From positions 20,001-268,000 of the forward strand of contig NW_008806277.1 of the NCBI RefSeq assembly GCF_000400465.1: a DNA stretch of 248,000 bases, in the 5' to 3' direction. Below the pieces are notes generated by a model. That model saw only the letters and a list, made by a program, of their open reading frames with translations. It made no database searches and had not been told where the DNA came from. The translations under genes were made by a program, and so were the position numbers. The stretch is from Wallemia ichthyophaga EXF-994. Lineage: Eukaryota > Fungi > Basidiomycota. This document shows positions 144,141 through 157,638 of the stretch, piece by piece (positions within the stretch are counted from its first letter, which is position 1; the number at the start of each line of letters is the position of its first letter).

Positions 144141-145745
144141 TCAGATGACGCCATCTAGTTGATTAGCGAAATCAAAGTCGTCAAAGCTGTCACTGTGGTT
144201 ATCACTGGGGGTGTCTTTATCGAGGGAGTCAAGGTCGTCGGAGGTGTTGTCGGTTCTATGTCGCTTGGGAGTATCCGAGTTGGATTGGTTGTTAGTGTGA
144301 CTGTGCAAATCCTGCTCATCTATGCTTGGAGGTGTAGAACTCTTGCGAGATCTTTTCTTAGTGTTCTCTTTAACCTCCTCTCCTTTCTCTTCCTCGGCGC
144401 TGTCCTCATTAAGGAAATCTTCGAGCTCCTGATCGGCGGTATCCCAATCGACATGATCGGTAGTAGGTTTATCATTGAAACTTTGCACCTGTTTTGGCCA
144501 TTTAGGTCGAGAGTGTGAATCGAGATAGTAAGAATCCTCTTTACGACATTCCCACAAATTACACGAATCGATGAGCCACTGAGGGGTAACGACATGAGCG
144601 ACATCCTCCCGTCTCGCTTCGTCTACTTTAGCAGTACCCTTTTTAGCAGCGACGACGTGTGTGATGGCGGAGGAGTAGGTAGTGTGTACTTGTGCGCCAT
144701 ATCGCACGGCGAGGTGGTACAGAGGGCTGTGTTCGATGTGTGCACCGAGTGGGACGACTGCGCTGAATAACAAATGCACTCCGCGTAGCACTAGACGTTG
144801 CATGTGGGGGATTATCTCGGCGACGTCTGGATCATCGCCCGCGTTACGGTATGTGTAGTATGTAGAATGGATTTGGCGGAGAATGCGTAAAAGACGAGGG
144901 AGTTCAGCGTCGGGAGTGCGAGAGAGGAGTTGACGATGCTCCCTTTGTCGCTGGGCGAGTGGACGTTGATTGGCTTGTTGGGAGAGAGAGAGGTTGTGGT
145001 GATCACGATGGTCACTATCCTCACCCCCCTTCTCGCCAACCTCTTCATCAAAGTGAACCTCCTCCTCACCGGCGTTTATATCACCTATACCAACGAAGAA
145101 TTCAAAAGGGTTGCATTTGACAAGGTTTGGAGAATCAGACCAGACATCAGCGCGGTCATCGATAATGACACACATGGAAGTGTCGGTGGGGAAGAGGCGG
145201 AGGAGGGATTTAGAGGTGAAGCTACCAGAGTCATCGCGGGTGAGGATACGTTCAGAGAATAAGGAGCCGGTGGGGTCAATAAGTTGACATACTGCAGCAG
145301 CGTAAGACTTGGTTCCCATAGTGTAGACGTGTAGTTCGTATAGGTGGTTGAGTTCATGTAGGAAATCGATCAAACCGGGTCTGAATTTGACAAAGTAGGA
145401 GCAGCTTTGATTGAGAGGAGTGAAGTCATCTAATTTGAACTTGTGAATGTCGTCTAAGGCACCAGGATAGACCAAGGAAGGATCATCCAACCAGGATTGA
145501 ACAGTTGGGTCAACAGTGGCGTGAATTACAGTCTGATCGAGATCGACGATTAAGCTGAGCTTGGATGATTTTAATAGGGAATGCTTTGAGCGTGTGGAAA
145601 TCCGTTTAGCTTCGTCGTAGGTGACGGTGAGATTTGCGGTGGAGTGGGAGATGTGAAGAGAGTTGTTTACAGTGGAAGTAATATCTATACCACAGACAGC
145701 ACATAAACCAGCTAATTGTACAGGATGTGTACATGGATCAGACAT
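144141..145745 (-). CDS. FCP1: CTD phosphatase Fcp1
   Basis: DLDQT, VKFRPG, BRCT. Confidence 0.94.
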   Translation of the reverse strand: MSDPCTHPVQLAGLCAVCGIDITSTVNNSLHISHSTANLTVTYDEAKRISTRSKHSLLKSSKLSLIVDLDQTVIHATVDPTVQSWLDDPSLVYPGALDDIHKFKLDDFTPLNQSCSYFVKFRPGLIDFLHELNHLYELHVYTMGTKSYAAAVCQLIDPTGSLFSERILTRDDSGSFTSKSLLRLFPTDTSMCVIIDDRADVWSDSPNLVKCNPFEFFVGIGDINAGEEEVHFDEEVGEKGGEDSDHRDHHNLSLSQQANQRPLAQRQREHRQLLSRTPDAELPRLLRILRQIHSTYYTYRNAGDDPDVAEIIPHMQRLVLRGVHLLFSAVVPLGAHIEHSPLYHLAVRYGAQVHTTYSSAITHVVAAKKGTAKVDEARREDVAHVVTPQWLIDSCNLWECRKEDSYYLDSHSRPKWPKQVQSFNDKPTTDHVDWDTADQELEDFLNEDSAEEEKGEEVKENTKKRSRKSSTPPSIDEQDLHSHTNNQSNSDTPKRHRTDNTSDDLDSLDKDTPSDNHSDSFDDFDFANQLDGVI

Positions 145746-146069
145746 GGTTGTTGGTTAAATAGGAACATTCAAGTAAAATTGAAGGAAATGGAGAAATTAG
145801 AAGTCAATGATGGCCAAGAGAGGGTTGGTGGGTGGGTGGTATTAGAAATATTCTAATCTCACCAACCACAGCAAATCTCCTCAATAATCTCGATAAGGAT
145901 AAGAAGCAGGAGGAGTTTAGGAGAGGTGGTGGTTTGCCTGAATCTAGTGCATTAGACAGGGTGAAGGAGTTTCTGCCTGAGATGAAAAAATCCAATGAAA
146001 GTACGTTAAAGAGTATGGAGGATGTGGGTGAAGAGGATAAGCATATAGAGATGAATATATATAAACCAT

Positions 146070-146837
146070 CTATTTGAATTTGTGTATCAAGTATTTAGAT
146101 TTAAGTAGGTTGTAAACGAGGCTGTTGAGTGGGTGTGGCTGGTTGAGTTCATTGGCAATGTCCACTATGAAACCACTGAGGAAGTTGATGTCTGGATATC
146201 GGTGTTGTTTAATTTGCAAGTCAAGGTGGTTGTGAGCGTGTTTATTGGTGAATATACAGTCACTCCCCAGTCTTCTATTTGTGGAATGGATTAGATTGTT
146301 AGTTAGTAATTTTGAAGGGAATGTTAAACTCCTATTGAGGTAATAGTGGTGGAATATATTCGAAGATTCCTGTATTATGTCGTGCAGTAGCACCTTTGAA
146401 GGGATAGTCGTTGTTAGACTGGGTAGACTGGTGTTTAGTAGAGTGGATATGGACTGAATAGCTGAGTGGATGATTATATTCTCAATAGACGTTGCCTCTA
146501 GTTGATCTATATTGGTTGAAGGGATCGCCAAATCCAACTGATTATCACCGTGTATCCGTGTAAGTGTGTTGTTGTACTCAATGAATAGCGTATAATTGAT
146601 ATTACTACTTCTCAATAAATTGTAATAGACTCCCAAGTAATTTATACTGTTAACCACCACGCTACTCCCATCCACCCTACTATTCCCATCCAATGCCTTG
146701 TAAATGCTAGTCAAACTTGAATTTAAATAGAGTACATCAATTCTATTGTAATTCATTAGCGATGACTTGTAATTTACCCCTGTTAAATTCATTTTTTTAA
146801 AATTCTTGGATAACCTTCCAATCCTATGTAAATTCAT
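146070..146837 (-). CDS. Hypothetical AT-rich ORF
   Basis: 255-aa ORF. Confidence 0.45.
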   Translation of the reverse strand: MNLHRIGRLSKNFKKMNLTGVNYKSSLMNYNRIDVLYLNSSLTSIYKALDGNSRVDGSSVVVNSINYLGVYYNLLRSSNINYTLFIEYNNTLTRIHGDNQLDLAIPSTNIDQLEATSIENIIIHSAIQSISTLLNTSLPSLTTTIPSKVLLHDIIQESSNIFHHYYLNRSLTFPSKLLTNNLIHSTNRRLGSDCIFTNKHAHNHLDLQIKQHRYPDINFLSGFIVDIANELNQPHPLNSLVYNLLKSKYLIHKFK

Positions 146838-146854
146838 CTTGGTCGTTGTCCACT

Positions 146855-149800
146855 ATGTCGATGCACAAGGATAGATTTGAGGCTATTAGAGATGGCAGGG
146901 ATATTGACAATCCTGTCATTTCTAATGTGCTGGGAAGTGCCAACCCTTCAACCACCTTGAAATCCCTCCACCTCCAATCCAACCAAAGGATTTCAACTAA
147001 ATTTCTAACTTGCCCTTCAAATTTAATAGCCTGGTCTATTAACGGGGAGTATCTATTTATTGCCAATGAATCCTCTATTGATATCTTTAACCACTCCACT
147101 TTAATCCATTCCATCAACAACGCACACAACTCAAAGATCACCTCCATTCAAACACTCCACTACGATCCACACAAGATTATCACCGCTGGCTTAGACGGTG
147201 CTATCATCCTCTGGGATATCCTTGAATCCACTCCCATCAAGCACATCACCTACCACTCCCCAATCACTCACCTACTCGTCCACCAGAATTCCTCCGGCAG
147301 ACGCCAATCTACCATATTTATCACCCTAAACAAGCTGGCTGCCAGGTCCAAGGCCGCCGACGGCTCTGATCGTCCCCCTGTCATCAATTCCATCTACTAC
147401 AAGCTCATTTGGCCCCACTCGGCTTCTTCCAACTCTAAACTCCATTCCACTCTCCTCGGCCAATCCCGCCCTCCTACTTCCATCTCAGTCGATGACAACC
147501 TCCTCATCGCCCAGTGCGCCAGGAAGACCAATGTCTCACACCACAACGTGCATTCCTCCCACAGGAACGCTTTTGTTAAATTTATAAGTGGTGAAAAGCA
147601 CAATTTGTGTACTGTCGATCCTTTGAAGCAGTTTTTTGTCACCTCGGAAGCAAATTCCGGTAAAATTCACCTCTGGCCCTACAACAAGCTAGATGAGATG
147701 AAGGCGATGAAACCACAGACGGCGCCAGACTGGCACGGAGGGTACCAGAACAACTGTCCGACCGAGATTCTTCACTGGCACGCCAACGCTGTCCGAGCGC
147801 TTACATTCACCCCTCAAGGCTCTTTCCTCCTCTCTGGCGGTGAAGAGGGAGTACTGGTTCGCTGGCACATCCGTCAGCAAGGGGGGAGGTTAACGAAGCG
147901 CGACTATCTCCCTCGTCTTGGCGCTCCTATCGTCTCCATCACCTGCCACGACGAATCGCGCTGGGTGGTCGGGCTCGCTGATTCCACCAAGCTCTTCGTT
148001 GACGGTGCGCAATGGCGCGTAGAGCATGCTATACGTGGCGTACTTGTACCAAATGTGGACACAAGCTCTGATACTCCCCTTACCGTCACTCCCTCTCCTC
148101 ACAACGTCATCCTCCCCTCCTCGAACCCCGCCGTGCTGCAGGTGTACGATATGGCGTCGAATAGCACAAACGAGCTTGAGGTCTCCCCTACTAATAGGAT
148201 TCAGGGTAGATATGCTGATGGTGATGCTCCGCGCGTTCTCCAGGCCATTACTGCGAGTGGGTGGCTCGCGACGCGCGATGAAGCTGCCGTTAAAATTTGG
148301 CAAGTCGTTGATGGACGTTACACGCTCAACACTCGCATTGATAAGCCGCACGGGGGCTATGCTGTGACTGGAATTGCCTGGAGTGGGAGTGGGAGTGGGA
148401 GCGTCAGTGAAAGTAACACCAACACACCACCCACCCTCGCCACCGTCGGCACCGACCGTAAATGTCGTCTATGGCTTGCCGAGCCGCTCGAGCATCGTCC
148501 GCGAGCTTTGGGAAAGATCAAGAGTGTAATCCGGGAAGGCCAAGGTGAGTGGGGTGTTTTAGATGCGTGCAGAGCTTATCACTTACTTGCCCATGCGTAA
148601 CCACACAGTCTCATACTCTCTTTTCGCCACTGTGCACTACAAAGATGAATGTATCAAACAGATACTCTTCTCACCCGACAGCTCACTCATGGTGCTCGTC
148701 CATGAAGGAGCTCTATCGCTGTGGGATCCTACAGCCGTGCATAGTGGTCGTAATGCCCCGTCTTTCCTTAAAGTACTCCCAGGTGAAGGCCTCGCACTTG
148801 ACGAGGCTGTCTTTGCAGGTGCTAGCCATATCGCTGTGCGCGCTACGGCTGGTAAGAGAGATGCCAGTCATGGTGTGTGTGTGGTGTACGATTTGACTAG
148901 TTGTGAATGTGAGTTGGATTTGGATTACAAGTTGGAGTTAGCGGTTTCACTCATTCTAACACATTCATACTCACAGGTATCTACTCCCACTCATTCGTCT
149001 ACTCCACTCCGCAAATACTCGCTCATCCTTCCCTCCCCGCCTTCGCTGTTATGTCAGGTGCTACACGCCCACGCATGCATAGCGAGCACGATTCTGCGGC
149101 ACTCGAGCGCGAGAAAGTGATCAGTAGAAGTGCAGTATGTACGCAAATGACGACGTTTAGTGTGGGCGTCGGTGAGGGTGTTGTTAAACGACACGTTGCA
149201 GAATTCGATAACACCTACTTTAAGTATGCCGTCTTGCCTGAAGAGGTGGTGAGCAATTTGACCAACAACCACAACACTGACAAAGACACCAACACACACA
149301 CACACTCACCAGCATTCAACCTCATCGGCCTCGCTACCACTCACGACCAGGGCACGCGCGGTGAGCGCGACTCCTCCACACCGGCGCTGGGTAGTAGGGG
149401 AGCAGTGCTGATTGGTGCGGATGCAGCCAAGATGGATCTGCGTAGGGGAGATGGTGGATCTAAAGACAAGAAAAAGACACCAACGAGCAGCATGTTCGAA
149501 GAAATCTTTGGCCGTTTCGATGAACATGTCTTGCAGGCTGAGAAGAGGGCAGCGGGTGAATCTGACGCTGACACACACGCAAATACCTTGGTCAGCTCCT
149601 CTAACACCCCCTCTAACTCAGTCAAACACCTCTTTGACGGCCCTGCTCACCTCCTTCCTGGACCGCAGATGATGTATGGAGACTTTTTGAGCACGTGCCT
149701 GCCCAAACGTGCGCGGGACGGCGGCGACAGCGATACTGCCACATCCACCTCTGTACTGTGGGATGCGCATGGGATGGACAGTGAAAGCAAAGAGGGAGTT

Positions 149801-149917
149801 GATGTGGATATGCACACGGGTAATCAAGCTACCAACACTCATCCACCACCTTCCAACCGCCAGATCGGAAGCGCGGAGGTAAAAGCGATGAGTGAAATGT
149901 TCAAGGAGGTTGTATAG
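146855..149917 (+). CDS. NAN1: SSU processome WD protein Utp17/Nan1
   Basis: LHWHA, SGGEEGVLV, LPRLGAPI. Confidence 0.88.
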
Positions 149918-150025
149918 AGTGTCAGATAAGTTAAACTTGTGAATTAAATGAATAAAAATGTATAGATGCTGGTAAATTATTCGATTACCTTGAATATTCC
150001 TTGTCTTCTCACTGTCATCGTCATC

Positions 150026-151987
150026 ATGGCCAATACGACTCACGACGATCTCGCCACTAAGCTGCTGACGCTTATCAACGTCTCTGCTAGTCGCTCAGAC
150101 ACTCCCAAGCGCATACGTTTAGATGCCCCCGCGGGTGAAAAACTCGGTAAGAAGAAGAGATTATCCACTGGCAGCGAAGGCGATGCACAGCAAGTGGATG
150201 CAGAGCTAGCAAGTGAGGACATGGATAAAGATAACAGCCTTGAAAATGCACCTGAGAATCCCCCCGATAATGCACCCGACGACGACGACGACGAAGAGAG
150301 CAAAGACACCCTCTACACGCACTTCGGCGTCTCACCTACAAGACTCACCGATGAGAATATCTCCAAAGCTACAGAGAAGCAGTGGTCCTTGAAGCACTCC
150401 ACCAACACCCTAGGCAGGTGCACTGAGTACTGCGTCGATGACACAGGCAAGGACAACCAGAATGTTTTTGTCAGTCCCAAGTTTGCTAATAAGGGCGACA
150501 CACACCTCCTCAACCTCCTCGGCAGCTACAAGGATGTCTTTGCGAACCACCTCAGCCATTCTGAGAACGAGAGCATGCGCGGTTCCCTGACGCTGCATAT
150601 GCACAACCATCTCCTCAGGTGGGTGATATTCGATACGTCTTAACTCAGCTAATCTCCCCCAAGAACTCGCCGTCGTGTGCTCAAGAACAATGAGAAACTT
150701 GCGCACTTCCATGCACAAGAGAACGATAAACAAGACCCACAAGACCAGCAAGATGCTCCCGAATGCCTCGACCAAGGATTCACCCGTCCAAAAGTCCTCA
150801 TCCTCACCCCTTTCCGCAACACGGCGCTTGCTTGGCTCAAGGACCTCATAGCACACTCCCCAACTTCCCAGACAGACAACAAAGCGAGACTTTTCCAGGA
150901 GTTCTCCCTGCCTAAAGATGCAATTGACAAGATCGCCCAAGCACCTCCAGGCACCTACCCAGAAGACCATGTGAAAACTTTCGTCGGAAACATTGACGAT
151001 AATTTTAAAATTGGTTTGAAACTCACACGTAAGTCGTTCAAGCCGTATGCGGATTTTTACTCTTCGGATATCATCCTCGCTTCTCCACTAGGTCTGAAGC
151101 TGGCGATGGAGAAGACGAGCGACACGGACTACCTGTCGTCGATAGAGATGGTTGTTGGTGATCAGCTGGATGTAATAGCGATGCAGAACTGGCAACATCT
151201 CACGGATATCTTTGCCTCCCTCAACGCCATCCCGAGAGATGGTCATGGGTGCGATTTCGCTAGAGTCAAACCGTGGTATCTCGACAATAAAGCCAAGTTC
151301 CTTCGTCAGTCTGTTTTCTTGTCGGCTTATGAAATACCAGAAATGCGCAGCTTGTTTGGTAGACATTGTCATAACGTAGAGGGGAAAGTGCGCACTGAGA
151401 CACGCTACGGAGGTGTCTTAGGTGGAGTTAGTGGTGGTATAAAGCAATCATTCTACAGATTTGACGTAGATTCTCTCCTAGATGAACCTGATAATCGTTT
151501 TGCAATGTTCATCAACAAATCCCTTCCCGCTTTGCAAAAGTCGGCAGTATCGTCCTCTCACACACTTGTCTTCGTAAGCTCCTACTTTGATTTCGTGCGC
151601 GTGCGCAACCATCTCAAGGCGACTGGTGTCAATTACGCTGCTTTGAGTGAATACTCAACTAACAAGGAGATATCACGTGTGCGTGGTGCTTTCTTTAGGA
151701 ATGAAGTCTCTTTCCTCCTCCTCACTGAACGGTTTCACTTCTTTAGACGGTACAGAATCAGAGGTGCGTTGACATCCTTCTTCTACAGCCTCCCGGACCA
151801 TGCTGCGTTTTATCCAGAGATTGTCAATATGGGACTCGACGAGAGCAAGGGAATCGATGAGAGTGATTTGCAGTCTATCGCTCTATACTCTAACTCTGAT
151901 TTTCTCAAGTTGCAGCGCATCGTTGGTTCTACTGACGCTGCTTTGATGGTTAAGCAGGGTACGGATGATAGATATTCGTATAATTAG
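150026..151987 (+). CDS. UTP25: Utp25
   Basis: DQGFTRPKVLIL, DIILASPLGL, ERFHFFRR. Confidence 0.93.
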
Positions 151988-152025
151988 ATTATGTACAGGC
152001 TATTATTTATCGTATAGACTAATAT

Positions 152026-152658
152026 TCATTTTATACTTTTACTATTTAAATTACTCCATATATCCCTCCAAAACCCTCTCAATATGCGTATAGAGAAGAC
152101 CATCTGTGATATCATGCAATTGCTCCGGTGAGAGATTAGAAAGGACATATCTAGCAACATCGCGCTTATCACCTGGTCTACCAATACCAATTCGTAGTCT
152201 ATCAAAGTCGAGGGATTGTTTGAGATACTGTGAGAGTGATTTGATGCCGTTATGACCGTTGGCCGATCCGCCATGTTTGATGGAGAGCTGTTAACAGTTT
152301 GTGAGTGTGTGCGTATATGTATTCTCACCACACTACGCACCTTCCCCCATTCCCGCTGCAGGTCATCATGCAAGACGAGTACACGGCGTGCGTTGACATG
152401 CTCGCAGTAGCGTGCCAGGCTTTTTCCACAGACGTTCATCAGCTGGTGGCTGTATATGAGGTCTGTGTGGCTGTTTATATGCGTGTAGCTGACTCCGTGC
152501 TTGGTGTTGCTGTTCCACTGCAGATGTCGCCGCTGGGCTAAGTGCTTAAGGACGAGCTGGCCCACTGAGTGGAATGTGCGCGGGTGCGTCGCATTGCCTA
152601 AGCCTGCAATTACGGTTTTCTCGGCTGTGGGCATATTCACCGTCTTCACCGCCAACAC
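152026..152658 (-). CDS. PTH1: Peptidyl-tRNA hydrolase
   Basis: GLGN, HSVG, LHDDL. Confidence 0.75.
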   Translation of the reverse strand: MLAVKTVNMPTAEKTVIAGLGNATHPRTFHSVGQLVLKHLAQRRHLQWNSNTKHGVSYTHINSHTDLIYSHQLMNVCGKSLARYCEHVNARRVLVLHDDLQREWGKVRSVVRIHIRTHSQTVNSSPSNMADRPTVITASNHSHSISNNPSTLIDYELVLVDQVISAMLLDMSFLISHRSNCMISQMVFSIRILRGFWRDIWSNLNSKSIK

Positions 152659-152669
152659 CCACCACCAAT

Positions 152670-154536
152670 ATGGCAGCGCTCGATGCTGACTTTATAAGAT
152701 TTGACGGGAGCGACGGGAGCGACGAGGAGATCAGCGGGAATAAGAGGACTTATGAAGATGTGGAGGGTGGTGTCGGCAATTCAGCCACTCCAGCGACCAC
152801 TTCCACCACTTGCACACCTTCCAAACACCCAAAAGGCGAAAATGGGAAATCTAGGAAAGAAATCGAAAAACAGCGTTCAAAGAAAGCGCCCTGGATGGCA
152901 GACGTTGATTGGGAAGGCTGTCGAACAGCACCAGAGATGTGAGTTTCAAGTTGAAGTTTTTCAGGTTGAAACTCACCACTTACATCACTCCCACTCCCCC
153001 AGGCTACACAGAGAAGTAGACGCTTTCACTCGCTTTATCAGCCCTTCGGTTATCGAACACAAGACACGCGAGTACACCATAGAGTGCATACGCAGGTGCA
153101 TCACCTCTAGATGGTCCGATGCCCATGTCTTTGCTTTCGGCAGCTTCGAAACTCGTCTCTACCTCCCCGATGGCGATATAGATCTTGTCGTTATGCGCAA
153201 ATCAGTCAACCAATACAACAAACAGTCAATGCTACACACCATGGCCAGTATTCTCCGCCAAGCAAACCTCGCACAGAGTATACAAGTCATTTCTAAAGCC
153301 AGAGTGCCTATTATTAAGTTCCAGTCATCATTCGGTGGTTATCCCATTGATATCTCACTTAATCAGACAAACGGTGTGGATGCGGGGAGGATGGTGAACG
153401 ATATCCTCGACAAGTACCCCGCTGCTAGACCCCTTTCCATTCTCCTCAAATGCTTCCTCGCTCAACGCAGCATGAACGAGGTCTATACCGGCGGCGTCAG
153501 CTCGTATGCTGTCATATGTCTCGTCGTCAGCTTTTTACAGATGCATCCTAAAGTGAGGCGAGGTGACATCGACCCTCTCAACAATCTCGGTGTACTTATT
153601 GTCGATCTGCTCGAACTTTATGGAAGGAATTTTAACTACGATAACACCGGCATCGCTATTGAGGGATCTGGCTACTACTTCTCCAAGTCAAGTAGAGGTT
153701 GGCATCAGTATGGCCAGCCGTACCTCCTTTGCATACAGGATCCACAGGATGTCGGCAATGACATCAGCAAAGGCTCGTTCAATATACTCAACGTGCGCAA
153801 GGTGATCGCCGGTGCATACGATATGCTCACCAATAAACTTTACGCTCAGGCAAGTGAAATTGACGCTAAGAAGACCGGCCGCCATCTCAGTCTTAGAGAT
153901 GAAGTGGAAGTGAAGGATGAAGAGAAGAGTTTGCTGTTGAGTTTTATGGGTATTTCTCAACTCGTGCTGAATAAGAGGAGAGTTACAATTGATCTCTATC
154001 AGAAGGGTATCCTCCAGCGCTATCTGAATCTACCACCCCCTGAAAAAGACGTGGATTTGAGCGTGAAGAGCGTGCCGAATAGAGTGTCGAATGGAACTAG
154101 TGCGGTAAATGATAGTAGCCCAATTAAACCCAAACATAAGGTATTCCCTGAGGACGACGAGGGTGAAGGTGACAACAGCGTAATTGACATACTCGATAAG
154201 GATAGAGAGGATGATGACTCGCGCTATTTACACGTACAAGCCAGTAGATCGGGATCTAACAAGCGTCCGCGCAGCAAAATCAGTAAGACGGATAAAGCAC
154301 CGACGTCTCAACTCCATTTCGTTGATTCATCGGAAGACTCCGATGTGGAGATTGTAGAGAAGACAGATAAACAGGCAGGCACACGTGGCACGCGGGAGCA
154401 AAGCAAGCAAACCAAAAAAAGTCAACCAGAACGACCAGTGAAAAAACAGAGACGTGAATCAAACGAACAAAGAAACTCAAGGTACGAGTACTGGGGGAAA
154501 AAAGGCAAGTCTATAGATATATCAGACAGTAACTAG
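152670..154536 (+). CDS. PAP2: Non-canonical poly(A) polymerase Trf4/Cid14
   Basis: FGS..LYLP.GDIDL, ARVPIIK, QDPQD..NDIS. Confidence 0.92.
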
Positions 154537-154679
154537 GCTTGTGATATAGATATTGTTATTTATCTTTATATTTATATTTGTTGTAAAAATTATTATCTTT
154601 CGTTCATCCCGCACGACATTCAACCATACGACGCCAAGTGTGTTGTATGCTAAATAGGGCCTGTAGACTTATACTACGA

Positions 154680-156364
154680 ATGAGCACGTCACCCGCATAC
154701 AAGAAACAGAAAGTTGAAGTTGCATTGGAGAAGCCGGAGATAGCAACGGCAGCAACGCCGGCAATATCGCCAGCAACAACGCAAATAACCCAACAGCCAA
154801 ACCACCCACCAAATAAACCCCCTAAAAAGGACAAGGCTGTAAAACAACAGGAGAAATACACAAAGCTTCAGCGCAAAGCCAAGAAGCAGGCAGTCGCATC
154901 CGGTGGACCTGAGGAAAATATATTTCTCGATGTCAAAGCAATGCTTGGTGAAAGCGTGGTAGATGAGCTCATAAAGAGCGATCAGTGTTTAGATGGTGGC
155001 TTTGAATTCGGTACGCAGCTACAGGTTGAAATTTCCTCAATCTCAAGCTCAGGCGATGGATTAGCTATCGTACCAGAAAATAATTGGGTTATTGCCGTTC
155101 CATTCTGTCTCCCAGGAGAGAAGGTACTCGCTAGAGTATACAGAAACTCATTCTGTCACTCATACGCTGATCTTGTTAGTGTACTCGATAAGAGGGAGAG
155201 CTGGAGAGACGAATCGAATATCAGCTGCAAGTATTTCGGCAGCTGCTCTGGATGTCAGTATCAAATGATTCCTTACCAGAGACAGCTCCTACTCAAACAA
155301 CGCGTCGTTGAAAAGGCTTACCAGAGGTTCTCACAACTTCCTTCACCCGCCATACCGACTATACTGCCTACAATCGCATCACCCAAGCAATACAATTACA
155401 GAACAAAGATTACTCCACATTTTCAAGCTGCCCCGAAAAGCGCTGGTAATGATTTTAATCCAGATATTGGTTTCGATATGAAAGGTCGTCGTGTAACACT
155501 GGATATCGAGGAGTGCCCTATCGCTACTGAAACTCTCAATGTAGGTATGCAACCTGCGAGAGCTAAAGTGAAGGAAACGATAAAGTCTTACAAAAGAGGA
155601 GCTACGTTGTTGTTGCGTGATTCTATGACACGTCCTGAAAATGCTGCGGATGCTACAAAAACTGATATCCCACCCGCTGATATGAGCACAATCAACCCCG
155701 ACGATAGAGAGTGTATTACGGATCACAAGCGCATCACGAGGGAGATTGTCGGCGACAAGTTGTTTGAATTCACTGCTGGCTCTTTCTTCCAGAACAACTC
155801 TAGCATACTCGTGCCCCTCACGCAGTACGTGTTGGATGCACTCCCGGAGAAAGGAGAGGAACCGATGTACCTAGTCGATACGTACTGTGGAGCCGGTCTG
155901 TTTTCTATATGTCTACATGAACGGTTTGATAAGGTTGCCGGTATTGAGATTTCGCAGCAATCAATACAATACGCCAAGCATAACGTCAAGTTGAATGGAC
156001 TAGATGAAAACAAGATTTCATTCAGGGTTGGAAAATCGGAAGCTATTTTTGACGTCGTGGGTGATTTACCACCTGCTAACACATCAGTCATTATCGATCC
156101 ACCTCGTAAAGGATGTGACGATGCTTTCATAACTCAGCTGAAAGACTTCAAACCTCATCGCGTCGTTTATGTGTCGTGTAACGTTCACACACAGGCTAGG
156201 GATGTGGGTAAATTGTGCGGTGATGATGGCCCATATTCCATTGAGAGTTTGAGAGGGTGCGTGGGGTATTTAATGGCTGCTCTTTCTCATAATAACTATA
156301 CAGATTTGATCTTTTCCCTCAAACAAGTCATGTCGAGGGTGTTGCCGTTCTTAAGCTCAAGTAG
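154680..156364 (+). CDS. TRM2: tRNA m5U54 methyltransferase
   Basis: CKYFGSCSGCQYQ, SFFQNN, DPPRKG, YVSC. Confidence 0.93.
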
Positions 156365-156577
156365 ATTGTAATACCATTGCACAGCACACGGAAGCATACG
156401 ACTAGCGCTTATTTATTGAAAAAAAGAGTGACAATAGTTTGATATACTGAACTTAGTGAGAGAATAGCTGGTCCTGGACTTGTGGTAAAAGAGTGATTGC
156501 TGCTACCATCCTGCAGCAGACAAAGACAATCAAAGCAGGTTGCTCAACTTGAACGTTATGCTGGAGTCCAAGTCAAG

Positions 156578-157026
156578 TCACACAAACCCTGAGCCATATT
156601 CCCATTGGTGAGTTCGCTGAAGAGACCTCTGCTCAAGTCGATCTGGTTGTCTTGGCAGGTAGGGCCTGAAGGGGGAAGTTAGAAGCTGTGCGCGCATCAA
156701 GCTACCAACCCACACAAATCTACAGCAGTCGCGTCCATCACTTTTCCAGTGTTGGTGTTGGTCACCGTGTAGTGCTTCCAGCAGTTGGCACCACCTGCGT
156801 AATGGGCGGTTGGGAGAGCAATGACCATGTCCGATGGCTGCGACCACGCACCACACGCGCCTAGGCCGACAGCGAAGAAGGATCCAATGCCGTTAACGAG
156901 CCCGCGTTGTGAAATTTCGTGCACCTCTGCATCCGTCTTTGCGACGGGTGCTGCAGTGGCCAGGCAGAGGATTGCGGAGAGCGAGAGGAGTGCCATGTGT
157001 ATGATGTGTGCTTGTGAGATGTTCAT
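156578..157026 (-). CDS. Secreted RlpA/expansin-like DPBB protein
   Basis: GLGACG, VVDLC..C. Confidence 0.75.
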
Positions 157027-157638
157027 GTTGTGTAGTATTGTGCAAAGAGTGTGGTGGCTGCTCAGCAGTGTTTGTATTGTGTTTGTTGTGTGTGGTGGCA
157101 GAAGTCGAAAAAGCACCGCCAGCTTATATAAAACTCAGGCGTGTTCTCGACTACAGGCACATATGTCACCACGCGCGAACGCTGTGACATTCCTGTCTGA
157201 ACTTTCTAGCTGAGCACGAGATAAAAGACAAAAGACCGAGATCGAAATAAGATGTTTGGAGTGTAGATGGATGTACCAGTACTTACATTCACTGATTTAT
157301 GCATTTGATAAGCGTGTGTCCACTCTCCCTAGCCGTTGAAATGGACCGTGCGTCTGAGCCAGGAAAGCAACGGATGGAGGAATAAAGAGGGACTTGTATT
157401 TCAATGAGCACACAAAATAACCTACTCTACTCAAACTGCAGAAACATGCATTCTGAAAGATGTACTTGAAAAATATCAGGCTTTAGAGAAGAATAAGCAG
157501 CAGCGAGAGCCAAACCAACAACCACACTCCCACATAAAAACAGAAACGCCTTGAATAAAATTTATATTTCAACTCGAATTCTGCTGCCTACCCGCCTACC
157601 TCACTCAACCCCGAACGACAAAACCTTTATACCTAAAA

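Noticed and set aside
113849-156364. Apparent cluster of tRNA-processing genes (CCA1, NCS6, RPC82, TRM2)
   Set aside because: They are spread over 40 kb among unrelated genes, as expected by chance in a compact genome.
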